A DNA stretch of 64,000 nucleotides from Hyaloraphidium curvatum SAG 235-1. Taxonomy: Eukaryota; Fungi; Monoblepharomycota. Under the pieces are notes generated by a model, which searched no databases, had not been told where the DNA came from, and saw only the letters and a program-made list of their open reading frames with translations. Positions within the stretch are counted from its first letter, which is position 1. Every line of letters begins with the position of its first letter. Shown here in pieces: positions 54,813 through 64,000 of this stretch. The DNA is taken from the NCBI GenBank assembly GCA_025558095.1, contig JAIVFI010000015.1, forward strand, positions 620,001 to 684,000. Reading direction: 5' to 3'. The position numbers and the translations under genes are program-made.

Positions 54813-56084
54813 CGTTGGGGGGTTCGTCGCGGGTCGACCCATCGGAGCGCGAATCGGCTAAGCCACTCCGCGGGCCAAGCCAGTCATGCGATCGTCCCTC
54901 AAAGGCGGGACAATCGAATTCCCGCCGGACGCCCCCACCCCTTGCCACGGTCCGAGCGCCTGGGGATATCTTTGGCCATTTTCGACCGTCCGAGGGGGCT
55001 TGACGCGCCGGTGGACGCTCGCAAGCCGTGAGGGCACCAAGTCGAAGGGAAAAGGGTGCCGCTTCAGGGTCCCGGTCGGCCCAGGCCGCGGCCATCGAGT
55101 TGCGGCGCCCGACGGGCCGAGCGCGGCCGCCTTCCGGTGCAGGAAATAGCAATCCGACATCGAGCAGAAGACAAAAAAGATTGCTGGGCCATCGCCTGGC
55201 TGCTGCTCGAGCGGGCCCCTTTCCGCCCTCCCCTCGGTCTGCTTCCGCGGCACGATCCACTCCGAGCTTCCTACGAGATGAGGCGCCAAGGCCCGCTCCA
55301 GCACGTCGGGATCCATGCAATGCATTAAAGACCATGACCAGGGCGGCCCTCGTTGCCGTGGGGATCGTCGATCGCGGCACAGCCAGCGCACGTGGGCCAT
55401 AGATGTAGCACAGCCGCGCGCACTCAACCGAGAGACCATGCCATCGACGCAGCACCAGAAGAGCTCAAGTAGCCAGATCTTTGTCCGCTTTGCAGCGCGA
55501 GATGAATGCAAGCTGCGGCCTCCCGCTCCGGGATCCACGGGGAAGGAGAGAAGGTCCGCTCAGTCCACTCGCCGCTCTGGTCGATGCTGAGCTTCCAACC
55601 GACGCCCTGACACGTCCAAGAGCAACGCTGTTCAATTCGGGACGAACGCACGCCGACGGGGTTCCGCAGCTGGTCCCCGAACGAAGTTCCACGGTCAACC
55701 GCCGGGTGCACGCGCGCTCACAACAAACAACGAACAGCATTTTTCGGCAAAGTGAGACTGCCTTCGAGCTGGAAACGGGGCCGAGGCGCCTGCCCGGCGC
55801 GTCTTATGGAGAGGAGCGCCTCGGTCCAGCGAGGTCCGCCAACCCCACACGGCAAGGAGCCGGCAACATGGCGGTCGGTTCAGCTGACGAGCATGACGCC
55901 TAAGCGAAACTAAAGAGCGCGAGACCCATTCTCGTCAGTGAAGAGTCCGCGAACTCGCGACGCGTCGGTTTATTTACGCGCAACACCGTCCCCACCCCCC
56001 CCTTTCCCCGACCGCGCGCGCCGCGCGCCCGACCCGATACCGATTCACCTTGAGAGAGGCGGCCCTAGCCGTTTTGTGGTGCCG

Positions 56085-56900
56085 ATGTCCAACCCGCCCT
56101 CGATGTTCTCCTCGCTCGCCGGCCGCTCCGTCCTCGTGACGGGCGGCTCCAAAGGCATCGGCAAGGGCATCGCGCGCGTCTTCGCCAGAGCCGGCGCCAA
56201 CGTGCTCATCACCGGCCGCGACGCCGCCTCTGCGGAGGCCGCGGCCGCCGAGCTCTCGGCCCTCGGCGGCGGCCGCGTCTCGTTCGTCCTCGGCAACGTG
56301 GCCGACCCCGCCGCGTGCCGCGCGATGGTCGCCGCGGCGGTGGAGCGGCACGGCGGCCTGGACGTGGTCTGCGCCAACGCCGGGATCTTCCCGCAGACCA
56401 ACCTGGAAAAGATGGACCCGGAGGAGCTGGACAGGGTGCTGGCGACCAACGTCAAGGGGACCGTGTTCGTTGTTCAGGCCGCGATCCCGGCCCTCGAGGC
56501 CTCGGGCCGGGGGCGGGTGATCCTCACCTCGTCCATCACGGGGCCGATCACGGGGTTCACGGGATGGTCGCACTACGGCGCGTCCAAGGCCGCGCAGCTG
56601 GGCTTCATGAGGAGCGCCTGCATCGAGCTGGCGCCCAAGAGGATCACGGTGAACGCCGTTCTGCCCGGCAACGTGTGGACCGAGGGCTTGGCGGACCTGG
56701 GGCCGTCGTACGAGGAGAGCATGGCCAAGATGATCCCGGCGCGCAAGATGGGGACCGTGGACGACGTTGGGTACGCGGCGCTGTACTTTGCGACGGACGA
56801 GGCGGCGTGGGTCACGGGGCAGACCATCGTCGTGGACGGCGGGCAGACGGTGCCCGAAACTGTGGACGCCATCGAGACGGCGTGGAGCGTGGGGAAGTGA
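56085..56900 (+). CDS. FabG-like SDR (3-oxoacyl-ACP reductase-like), intronless
   Basis: [49 protein letters not shown]. Confidence 0.93.
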   Translation: MSNPPSMFSSLAGRSVLVTGGSKGIGKGIARVFARAGANVLITGRDAASAEAAAAELSALGGGRVSFVLGNVADPAACRAMVAAAVERHGGLDVVCANAGIFPQTNLEKMDPEELDRVLATNVKGTVFVVQAAIPALEASGRGRVILTSSITGPITGFTGWSHYGASKAAQLGFMRSACIELAPKRITVNAVLPGNVWTEGLADLGPSYEESMAKMIPARKMGTVDDVGYAALYFATDEAAWVTGQTIVVDGGQTVPETVDAIETAWSVGK

Positions 56901-57019
56901 GGGTCCGGGCGATTGATCTAGATCTAGAAATCTATAGACGGTTTCTCAAGCTCTAGCTCTAGGTGATCTCCTTAAGCAAGAAATGGCAAGTGTACCGTTC
57001 CAGCTCGACTTCGCCCTCT

Positions 57020-58087
57020 TCAGAGCTTGGCGGCCTTGTTCTTCTCCATCCTCTTCTTGGCGTCCACAATGATGGTCATCTGCCGGGCGATGCAGAGCAG
57101 CTTGGTGCCGTCCTCGTTCCACAGCTCCACGTCAAACTCCTTGCGGCCGTTGGTGGTGTACCTGGAGCAGGACCGGATGCGGAGCCAGTCGCCGTCCGAG
57201 GGGAGGGCGCGGTGGCGGAACTGCGCCTGGTAGTCCATCGTCGGGAACTGCGGGACGGGCAACAGAAGGTCAGACGGCCGGAAATCAAGCGTCTCCGAGG
57301 TTGAACGCACCCAAGCGCCCATGCTGCGGAAGGCGGGCATCCCGTAGAGGTCCGAAAAGAAGGCCAGGCTCTCGGCGGTCCGCACGTCGTCCCCGGGTCC
57401 GGTCCAGCGCGCCCACTTGGTCCACCCCCGGGCGATCTGCGCCTTCTCCAGAGCCTCCTCGCCGTACGGCGGCTCCAGCGTCTCGAGCATCTGCCAGAAG
57501 CTCTTCTTTGGCCCGGGCTGGTTGAGCCTGCCCGTCCAGGACGACGCGGAGCACTCCTCCCGTGGGGGCAGCGCCGGCGCGGGGATCTGGGTCAGGTCCG
57601 TGTCGCCGCTCTCGTTGCCCATGTCCGAGAAAGTGAGCGTGCCGGCGACCAGCGCGACGGTGCGTCCCCCCTGCCTCTGCCTCACGGCGAACTGCATGAC
57701 AAGGAAGCGGCCGCCCTCGCGCAGCACGCCGACGGTGATGTCCACGGGGCCCTCGCGGCCCGGAGCGAGAAAAGTCGCCGAGATCGAGACGGGGTCAGGG
57801 AATTTGGTCTGCAGACCCCTCCGGGCGATCTCTCCCCGGCAGGCGCTCAGGAAGAGAGCAATCACGTAGCCACCGAACGGCGCGATGCCCGTGAGGAACT
57901 CGGAGGCGATGCGGCCGCGCCAGAGTGCTCCGTCGTCGTCGTCCTCCGCGTCGGCCGAGGAAACGCCGGCCGCGGGGAGCGTCCGGACAAAGTGCGTGGC
58001 CGTCGCCAGGCGGAAGGGCGCCGACGAAGTGGAGACGGCGTCCGGCGCCTCGGAGGGCGGGATTTCGGAAGCGGTGGCAGGCTCCAT
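57020..58087 (-). CDS. Double-hotdog acyl-CoA thioesterase with peroxisomal PTS1 (-AKL)
   Basis: PFGGYVIA, PDPVSISATFL, LAFFSD, W|FPTMDY, GR…DVELW…G.LLCIARQ, and C-terminal AKL*. Confidence 0.88.
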   Translation of the reverse strand: MEPATASEIPPSEAPDAVSTSSAPFRLATATHFVRTLPAAGVSSADAEDDDDGALWRGRIASEFLTGIAPFGGYVIALFLSACRGEIARRGLQTKFPDPVSISATFLAPGREGPVDITVGVLREGGRFLVMQFAVRQRQGGRTVALVAGTLTFSDMGNESGDTDLTQIPAPALPPREECSASSWTGRLNQPGPKKSFWQMLETLEPPYGEEALEKAQIARGWTKWARWTGPGDDVRTAESLAFFSDLYGMPAFRSMGAWVRSTSETLDFRPSDLLLPVPQFPTMDYQAQFRHRALPSDGDWLRIRSCSRYTTNGRKEFDVELWNEDGTKLLCIARQMTIIVDAKKRMEKNKAAKL

Positions 58088-58686
58088 GGCGGCGGAGGGG
58101 GGGGAAGATAGTGAGCTCGGCCGGATGATGAGCCGGTTGCCGGCGCTTGCATCCCCTTTCTCCGCCTCCGCCTCAGGAAACAAGAACTTATCGAGAATGG
58201 GACCCGAGCAGTCTCGATCACTTTGGCTCCAGCTTCCATCTCACATTTTATTGCAGCGCCCCAGAACGAGGAACGGAGGTTGGGCGGAGCGGCGACTGAT
58301 GAACGATGTCAGAGCGCAGCCAAACCCATTCACGCCTGCATACCGAGGCAATGCCCTTGCTGGGGAAGGGCAGAGGATGGGTGGGGCTGTTTAGCAAAGC
58401 AGCTCACGGCTCGGATGGGGCCATCGAGCAAGCCGTGAGCGGCACACACGGCCTTTGGCTGCCCCCGCGGGGCGGTCTTTTCGCGCTCCGACCCGGGTTG
58501 CCCGATCCCGGCCTCCGCATCATTGGGGGCCGATTTCTGGGTCCGATGCGCTCGGCCTTGGAGCGGGCAGCCAATATACCAACACCAACGCGTTTTATTG
58601 TGGCGAACTGCCGGGGGAGCAGGCGTAAACGTTGAGCCTGAGGAGAGTCACGTGATTCCTCCCGTCCCTGCGTCGAACCGCTCGCC

Positions 58687-60187
58687 ATGGACGCGACGGA
58701 GGCCACCGACGCGACCGAGGCCACCATCGAGCTGGCACTGCTGCCACCGGCCTCCTTTTCCGGCGCGTTTTCCGCACGGGAATGGGCCGCGCTCTTCCCC
58801 GACCCCAACTCGAATGAACGCGACGCGGAGTCGGACCGCGCCGCCGACGAACCGCCCAGGGCGGAACCGCTGACCCGCGCGGCGCTGCTCAAGGATCTGC
58901 CAAAGCCGCTGGCGGACGTGGCCCGCGTGCAGCTTTTCCTCGCGCCCAGGATCGCGAAGCACCTTCTCCTCACCATTTTCGTGTGCTACACCGTGCCGAT
59001 TCTGGCGCTCCAGGCCACGCTGTACACGTTCGGCTCCGCGCTTTTCCCTCCGAAGCAGCGCGCCGTGGCCGTGGCAATGTTGTGTCTCTACCATGTCGCC
59101 GTGCCGGTTGTTTTGTTCTTCGTCGAGAGCATTCAACGCAGCGTTGATGCCATGGGCGGTGCTGAGCAGAGCGGCGAAAGCTTACCGAAAGACAGCGTCG
59201 ATTCCTTTCATCTTGCCGGCATTGCACGCTACCTCCAGCTTGTTCGCGATGAGCCAGGCTCTGTTCTTCTTTCCCACGACGGCTCGAAACTCTGCTCGTG
59301 CCCAGCCAGGACCTGCGCGGGCAGGCTCGTCGATATCTCTGGACCTCTCTTCTGGGTCGAGATGGTTGGCGGGTAGCTAGCAGATAGCACTTGCTGGTTC
59401 TTCATGAGCTTCGCGCCCATCGTCACGCTTGCCGCACAGACCTGGACCAACCCCTGGAGCGCTCTCTTTGCTGCTATGGCAGTCACGCTTGGTCCCCTGT
59501 TTTTCAGCTTCCCCGGCAGATTCATCATCGTTGGTGCCGGTGTTCCGTCAATGGAGCTCATCAGGCGGCTCCAAGCGCGTGCGGTCAAGCTATCGCTTCC
59601 CCAGTCGAGGGCCAACCCCGATGCAGTAGACAGCTTGTTCGCGACAACGGCGCAACATGCCTTCGTTACTCTTCACCGACGTTTGGCCGCGGATTGGGGC
59701 TCCCGCACAAACACCATGAGCCGCGGCACAGTTCTTTTGACCGTTCTCGTCATCGTCGATATTGTAATTTGCATCATCTACGTCGTCGCATCGGGGTGCC
59801 TCCCGGCTTGGCCCGTCGTGCTGGCCCTCGTGAACTTCGTGGACTCTACCCGCCGCCTCTTTGTCGCGGCCGCATTCAACGCCGCCGTCGTCGACGTTTC
59901 GCGCGCCTACCTCCTCAGCAGGACGCGGATCCAGGAGCACCTTGCCACCGCGGACCCCGAGCAACTCGCGACCCCGCGGGCAATGTCACTTGCCGCGACG
60001 GAGCGGTTGCTGGCGTCGTTCGCGGACGTAGATCTGTACCGGGGGTCGTTCCTGGGGGTGCGGGTGAGCTACGTCTCCGTGCGCGGCGTGATTGCCGCGT
60101 TCTTTTACCATCGTCGTGGGCCTGTTCACCGTGCTACGCGGGTTCGGGATCCCCATCATTGCGGACAATGTTTGTCACGGACCGTGA
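58687..60187 (+). pseudogene. 7-TM membrane protein gene with one premature TAG and one frameshift
   Basis: ORFs 58687-59376 and 59404- are in the same frame, separated only by TAG 59374-59376. Removing one T from TTTT (60103-60106) restores a hydrophobic last helix FFTIVVGLFTVLRGFG…CHGP* (TGA 60185-60187). Confidence 0.72.
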
Positions 60188-60237
60188 TTCGGGGCGCGCG
60201 ATACACGTAGCGATGTGACGCTGCGACTTGCATATCC

Positions 60238-61404
60238 TCAATCAATCTTGACGGCAGCCCCCGCTTCCCCCCGCATCAGCACCGCCGCGTACGCCGCCAT
60301 CCCCGCCGCCGCCATCCCTCCCACCGCGGCGATCCACCTCCCCCTCTCGTCGAACGGCGCCCCGCACACCGTATACCACTCCGCCCCCTCGTCCGGCATC
60401 CCCGCCAGGCACGAAAACGTGTAGCTCCCGTCCCGCGGCTCCCCGCATACGTACACGTCCCGCTCGTTGCCGGCGATGTCGAGGGCCTTGACGCCGCAGG
60501 GGCCGAAGGTCTGATGGATGCCGGCGCTGTGGTGCGATTCGGGTCTGAAGGAGGCGACCAACGTGGGGAGGAGGATCAAGTAGGCGGCGATTGAAAGAAA
60601 CAGCGAGCGGTCGGCGGGAGAGCGGTCGGAAGGGTAGGCCGATCGCGCGGCGGAGAAACCGACGAGGGCGATCGAGGCGTACAGCGCAGCGCCGACGGCG
60701 AGTGAGAGGTACCCCGGCGTGCCGCCCTCAAGCTGCTGAAGCACCGTGATCTGCGCGACCATCGCAAACGTGCTGAACAGCGTCGCACGGAGAAGCGGCA
60801 AGAAAACCGACGGGCTGGCCCCAGTTTCAGACTGGGGACCGAGGCCCAGCAGCCAAGAAAAGGAGCCGACGAAGGTGAGCACGAAAAGGGTGCTCGACAC
60901 GGGCACGCCGAGGATCCGCTTCGCGATCACGACGTCGGACTCGTGCCACGTCCACCAAAGGAACTTGGCCCCCGTCACGTCGAACGGGGCGTAGAAGAGC
61001 ACGCCCAGCAGGCCGGCCAGCGCGGCCCGCGCGAGCCCCGAGCTGGGTATGGCCCGCCACGCCGCGACCGCGGGGATGTACATGAAACAGATGTAGAGCG
61101 CGCAGATGTAGGCCGGCAGTCTCGGCGAAAGCATCAGCACCGCCTGCCCGTGCCAGAAATTGTCCACCGTGGGCAGCATCTCCATGAAGATCAGGTCGTT
61201 GGCCGTCCCGGCCAGCAGGGCGGCCAACCACGCAGCGGTATGGCGCTGTCTCGCGGAGCGGGTGGGCTGCGTCCGCGCGTGCGCGAAGCACGCCAGCGCG
61301 AGCACAAGGAAGCACGCTTCGCCGAGGACGAAGGTGGGCTGGGCGGCCCATTTTGCGGCGGGAGAGGTGAAGTAGCGCCAGGGAACGCGTGCGGTGGGGG
61401 ACAT
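60238..61404 (-). CDS. Conserved multi-pass membrane protein (DUF7802-like), intronless
   Basis: About 8-9 TM helices with motifs DNFWHGQ…RLP.Y, PFDVTGAKFLWWTWHESD, R..GVP. Confidence 0.7.
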   Translation of the reverse strand: MSPTARVPWRYFTSPAAKWAAQPTFVLGEACFLVLALACFAHARTQPTRSARQRHTAAWLAALLAGTANDLIFMEMLPTVDNFWHGQAVLMLSPRLPAYICALYICFMYIPAVAAWRAIPSSGLARAALAGLLGVLFYAPFDVTGAKFLWWTWHESDVVIAKRILGVPVSSTLFVLTFVGSFSWLLGLGPQSETGASPSVFLPLLRATLFSTFAMVAQITVLQQLEGGTPGYLSLAVGAALYASIALVGFSAARSAYPSDRSPADRSLFLSIAAYLILLPTLVASFRPESHHSAGIHQTFGPCGVKALDIAGNERDVYVCGEPRDGSYTFSCLAGMPDEGAEWYTVCGAPFDERGRWIAAVGGMAAAGMAAYAAVLMRGEAGAAVKID

Positions 61405-61792
61405 CGCGGCCGGGGAGGCTGAATGGCCCGTGTGCCGCGCCGGCGAGGCAAAGTACGCGTTCGAACGCGATTGGAACGCGCTACGAATGGAGAGCAAGCG
61501 TTCTGAAGCCAGGCGGCCGCGTGTGTTTTGTCTTGTGGACCTCGCTCGTCGTTCCTCCCCGTTCTCTCCCCCGATCGCCGCCCCGGCTGGGCAGAAAGGA
61601 TCAATTGACGATGATGAACTGATCTTTTGCGAATACATGAATAAAGAAGTGATGTTCAGTCAGCGGCCATGTCTCGAGAATGTCTCCTGATCGCTCCGTT
61701 CTTGCCGGCCGAGCGCCTCGCCGGGTTCACCCTCGGGCCTCAGATCGAGTTGCGCGAAACCGGGCTGCTCGTCATCCTCGTCGCTTGGCAAG

Positions 61793-62907
61793 TCACGACG
61801 CCGTCAGCACTCGCGATCGACCCCGCACTCGAGCCCCCGGACACCCACAGAACGCAAAGAATCCCATCAACGCCCAGGTGAGGAGCAACACCGCCGCGGC
61901 GCGAGCAAAGAGCACGATCTTGGCCGTGAGCTGCACGAGCGCTGCGGGGCCGACGGGGGCGAAGAGGAGGATGCCGAGGGCGGCGGCGTTCGAGGCCAGT
62001 TGCGCGAGGAAGAGGAGGGGGACGAGCGCGGAGGTGTCGTTGACAGGGTCGTTCCTGGGGGCGAAAGAGTGAGCTCGGAAGGATGCCGCTCCGATCACCC
62101 GTCGAAACTCACCCCTGCTGCCCCTCCGCGGCAACACCGTTCGTCCCGTCGACCTCGACCATGATTGCCAGCGCCCATGCGATGCACGCCAGGGTCTGCA
62201 GACCGGAGAGCACGCACTCGACGAGGGCGATCGCGCAGATCGGCTGGCGGAAGTCGGCGGCGGGGTCCTTGGCGAGGGCGAGGGCGAGCGCGATCGCCGC
62301 CGCGGCGTTGCTCATGGCGCAGACGAGGACGGTGAGCGTTGGAGCGAGGATGTTCGGGCCGGCGGGAGCGGCGATCGCCAGGGCCGTGCCGCGCGTGGCT
62401 GCGGAGTTGGGCGTCTCGGGGAAGATCCTGGAGTTGAACCTGCCGTTCGCGAGCGCGGAGCTGACTGCGTTTTCGAGATCGGAGGGAGTGTGGAGGCTGC
62501 GCGCGGGGTACGAGCCGGGCCGGATTGCGGGTGCGAAAGGGCTCCGAGAGGCTCCCTGATCCTCGGCGCGGTCTGGCTTCGCCGTCTGCGCGGAGGGAGC
62601 GCTGGAGGTCGTCAAGGCACGCTCGCTCCACTGCGCGCGGAGGGCCAGCTGCGCCTCGACGATCTTGCGGCGGCGGTCGAGCTCCTTCCGCCGCAGCTCC
62701 TCGGTCGCCGCGCGGCGGAACGGGGACGGCGCACCGGCGGCGGCGACCTGCACGCGGTTTGCGGCAAGAGAGGAGGTCGCACCAACGACGGCGGTCCGCA
62801 GAGGCGAGTCCGAGGGGAGCAGCGGCGGGCGGGGGGGCGGCGGCACGCGCGGGCGGCGGCGACGGCGGCAGAGGGATGACGGTTACGGTGACGATAGCGG
62901 GATCCAT
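61793..62907 (-). CDS. Hypothetical membrane protein (C-terminal TM bundle), 2 exons; possible 1-bp indel in a G-run near 62831-62837
   Basis: ORF 62109-62846 splices (gtgagt…ccag) to hydrophobic ORF 61793-62137. The ATG at 62907 is one frame off across a G7 homopolymer. Confidence 0.5.
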
Positions 62908-63468
62908 TTTGGCCGGGCTGGAGTTGGCAGGAGTGCTGGAGTGCCAGGTGTCGGTGGTGATTTCGCACCGTGATCGCCACGTGCCGCTTTACGACTCTTC
63001 ACAGGCAACAGCAACAGCCCATCATTCACGCCACCAACAAAGGATTGGGTTTTACAAATGGACCAAAACGAGAGAGCCCGAACACCTGCAATCAATAGCC
63101 ATCCCATTCACATGGGCACCTTTGTCTCTACATGATCAAAGTCGTAGTCTCGCCGACCTGCGAAGTCCGCGGCCACCGTCCCTCCCCAACCATGTCGATA
63201 CGCGCCATCCATGTTGAAGCAAGATATCCCACGCCCGAAACCACTGCCTCCAGCTTCCCAGAAGGACGGAGGGTTGCGAGGGCAGGGCCCTCGAAATCGG
63301 ATCCCAACCAGCCAAAGAAAGAGAGCAGCGAGAAGCTTATAGAGGGAAGCAAACTCCGAGGAAGAATGTGACCAAATACGCGTCCCAGGTGTGTGTTTCC
63401 CCAGAGATCAAGGGTCCGAGACGCCGCCCTCCCTCTGCTCGGCGCGTGGTCACGTAGATCAAACTCGA

Positions 63469-64000
63469 TCACACCGAATCGTCGTGGAATGCCCAGTTCG
63501 TTTGCTTCGGACTCCGTCCCCGGCAGTTGGCGACGCTGTGGGACAAAAGTCGCGCCGAGCGGTGACGCAAGTTTCAGCAAACTCCTTCCCGGCGACCGGC
63601 GAGGCGGGAACCCACTACATGTCGTTGTCCCGCGGCCGCTCTTTGACGGTGCAGCTGCTGAGCATGCTTTGTATCGACAGGCACACGGAGGAGATGGTGA
63701 GGGCGGGCGACCACGAGTCGTAGAGGATCGAGAGGCAGATGTGCCTGGAGGTGGCCGGGAGATCAGATGGGCGCGTTCCGGGGGCGGAAAGTGCCAACGC
63801 GTACCCGTTGGAGTAGATATGCGGGTGCATCGGCACGCGGTACGGCGCGTTCGAGAGGAAGATGACCTCGGGCGAGTCGAGCGGGTAGTTGTTGCTGAAC
63901 CGGAACTGCGGGCGCCACCGGGCGTGAGCCTCATCCTCGCACCTCTGCGACCGTGCCGACCTGCAGGCAGAAGCTCTCGCCCTCGTACACGGTGCCCGCG
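63469..64000 (-). CDS. UBE2W: Ubiquitin-conjugating enzyme E2 W (3' part; runs off the window edge)
   Basis: GTVYEGE.F.|LQFRFSNNYPLDSPEVIF, HPHIYSNG|HICLSIL..WSPAL..SVCLSI.SMLSSC, and last exon SPKQTNWAFHDDSV*. Confidence 0.93.

Noticed and set aside
54858-55900. ORFs of 226-306 aa between the mucin-like gene and the SDR
   Set aside because: No recognisable motifs or consistent codon bias; may be a decayed gene, but this cannot be supported.
1286-59376. Stop-codon reassignment or readthrough suggested by in-frame TAG/TAA (1286, 1376, 59374) and by TAG at 28616-28618 and 63615-63617
   Set aside because: TAG and TAA end many intact genes here. The cyclase and UBE2W cases are TA|gt intron boundaries that splice to TAC. 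The remaining cases sit in genes with other lesions.
1-64000. tRNA, rRNA or snRNA genes
   Set aside because: None recognised by eye; tRNAscan-SE or Infernal would be needed to exclude them.

Overview
This is eukaryotic, gene-dense, GC-rich genomic DNA with short spliceosomal introns (mostly ~50-65 nt; GT(g/a)(a/c/g)g(t/c) donors, CTGAC-type branch sites, YAG acceptors). About 36 genes or pseudogenes are packed with short spacers. Chitin-binding CBM18 repeats, a Yvc1-type TRP channel and COY1 alongside TKL-type kinases suggest an early-diverging fungus (chytrid/monoblepharid-like); this is inference only. Most ORF-track entries are GC-driven shadow ORFs, and gene models were rebuilt by hand across introns. 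Recognisable genes: three SDRs, Cof-type HAD, TMEM135-like, F-box/LRR, CBM18 protein, pirin, YVC1, CWF19L1/Drn1, LRR-kinase, cyclase, receptor-like kinase, COY1/CASP, SP-RING ligase, prominin-like, RING-H2, DUF924, thioesterase and UBE2W. The standout is an intronless gene at 17995-20040 encoding 11 tandem C2H2 zinc fingers fused to a Vsr/DUF559-like PD-(D/E)xK nuclease domain, with PIP-box-like motifs at both ends and a SUMO-interacting motif, i.e. an apparent natural zinc-finger nuclease. Also notable: an SP-RING ligase carrying two DUF4379-type zinc ribbons, two decayed paralogues of a 7-TM family resembling gustatory-receptor-like (7TMIC) channels, an RCC1/BLIP-II-ectodomain receptor kinase, and several intronless bacterial-type genes. 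No rRNA, tRNA, CRISPR array or intact transposon was recognised. All family assignments come from motif recognition by eye; no searches were run.
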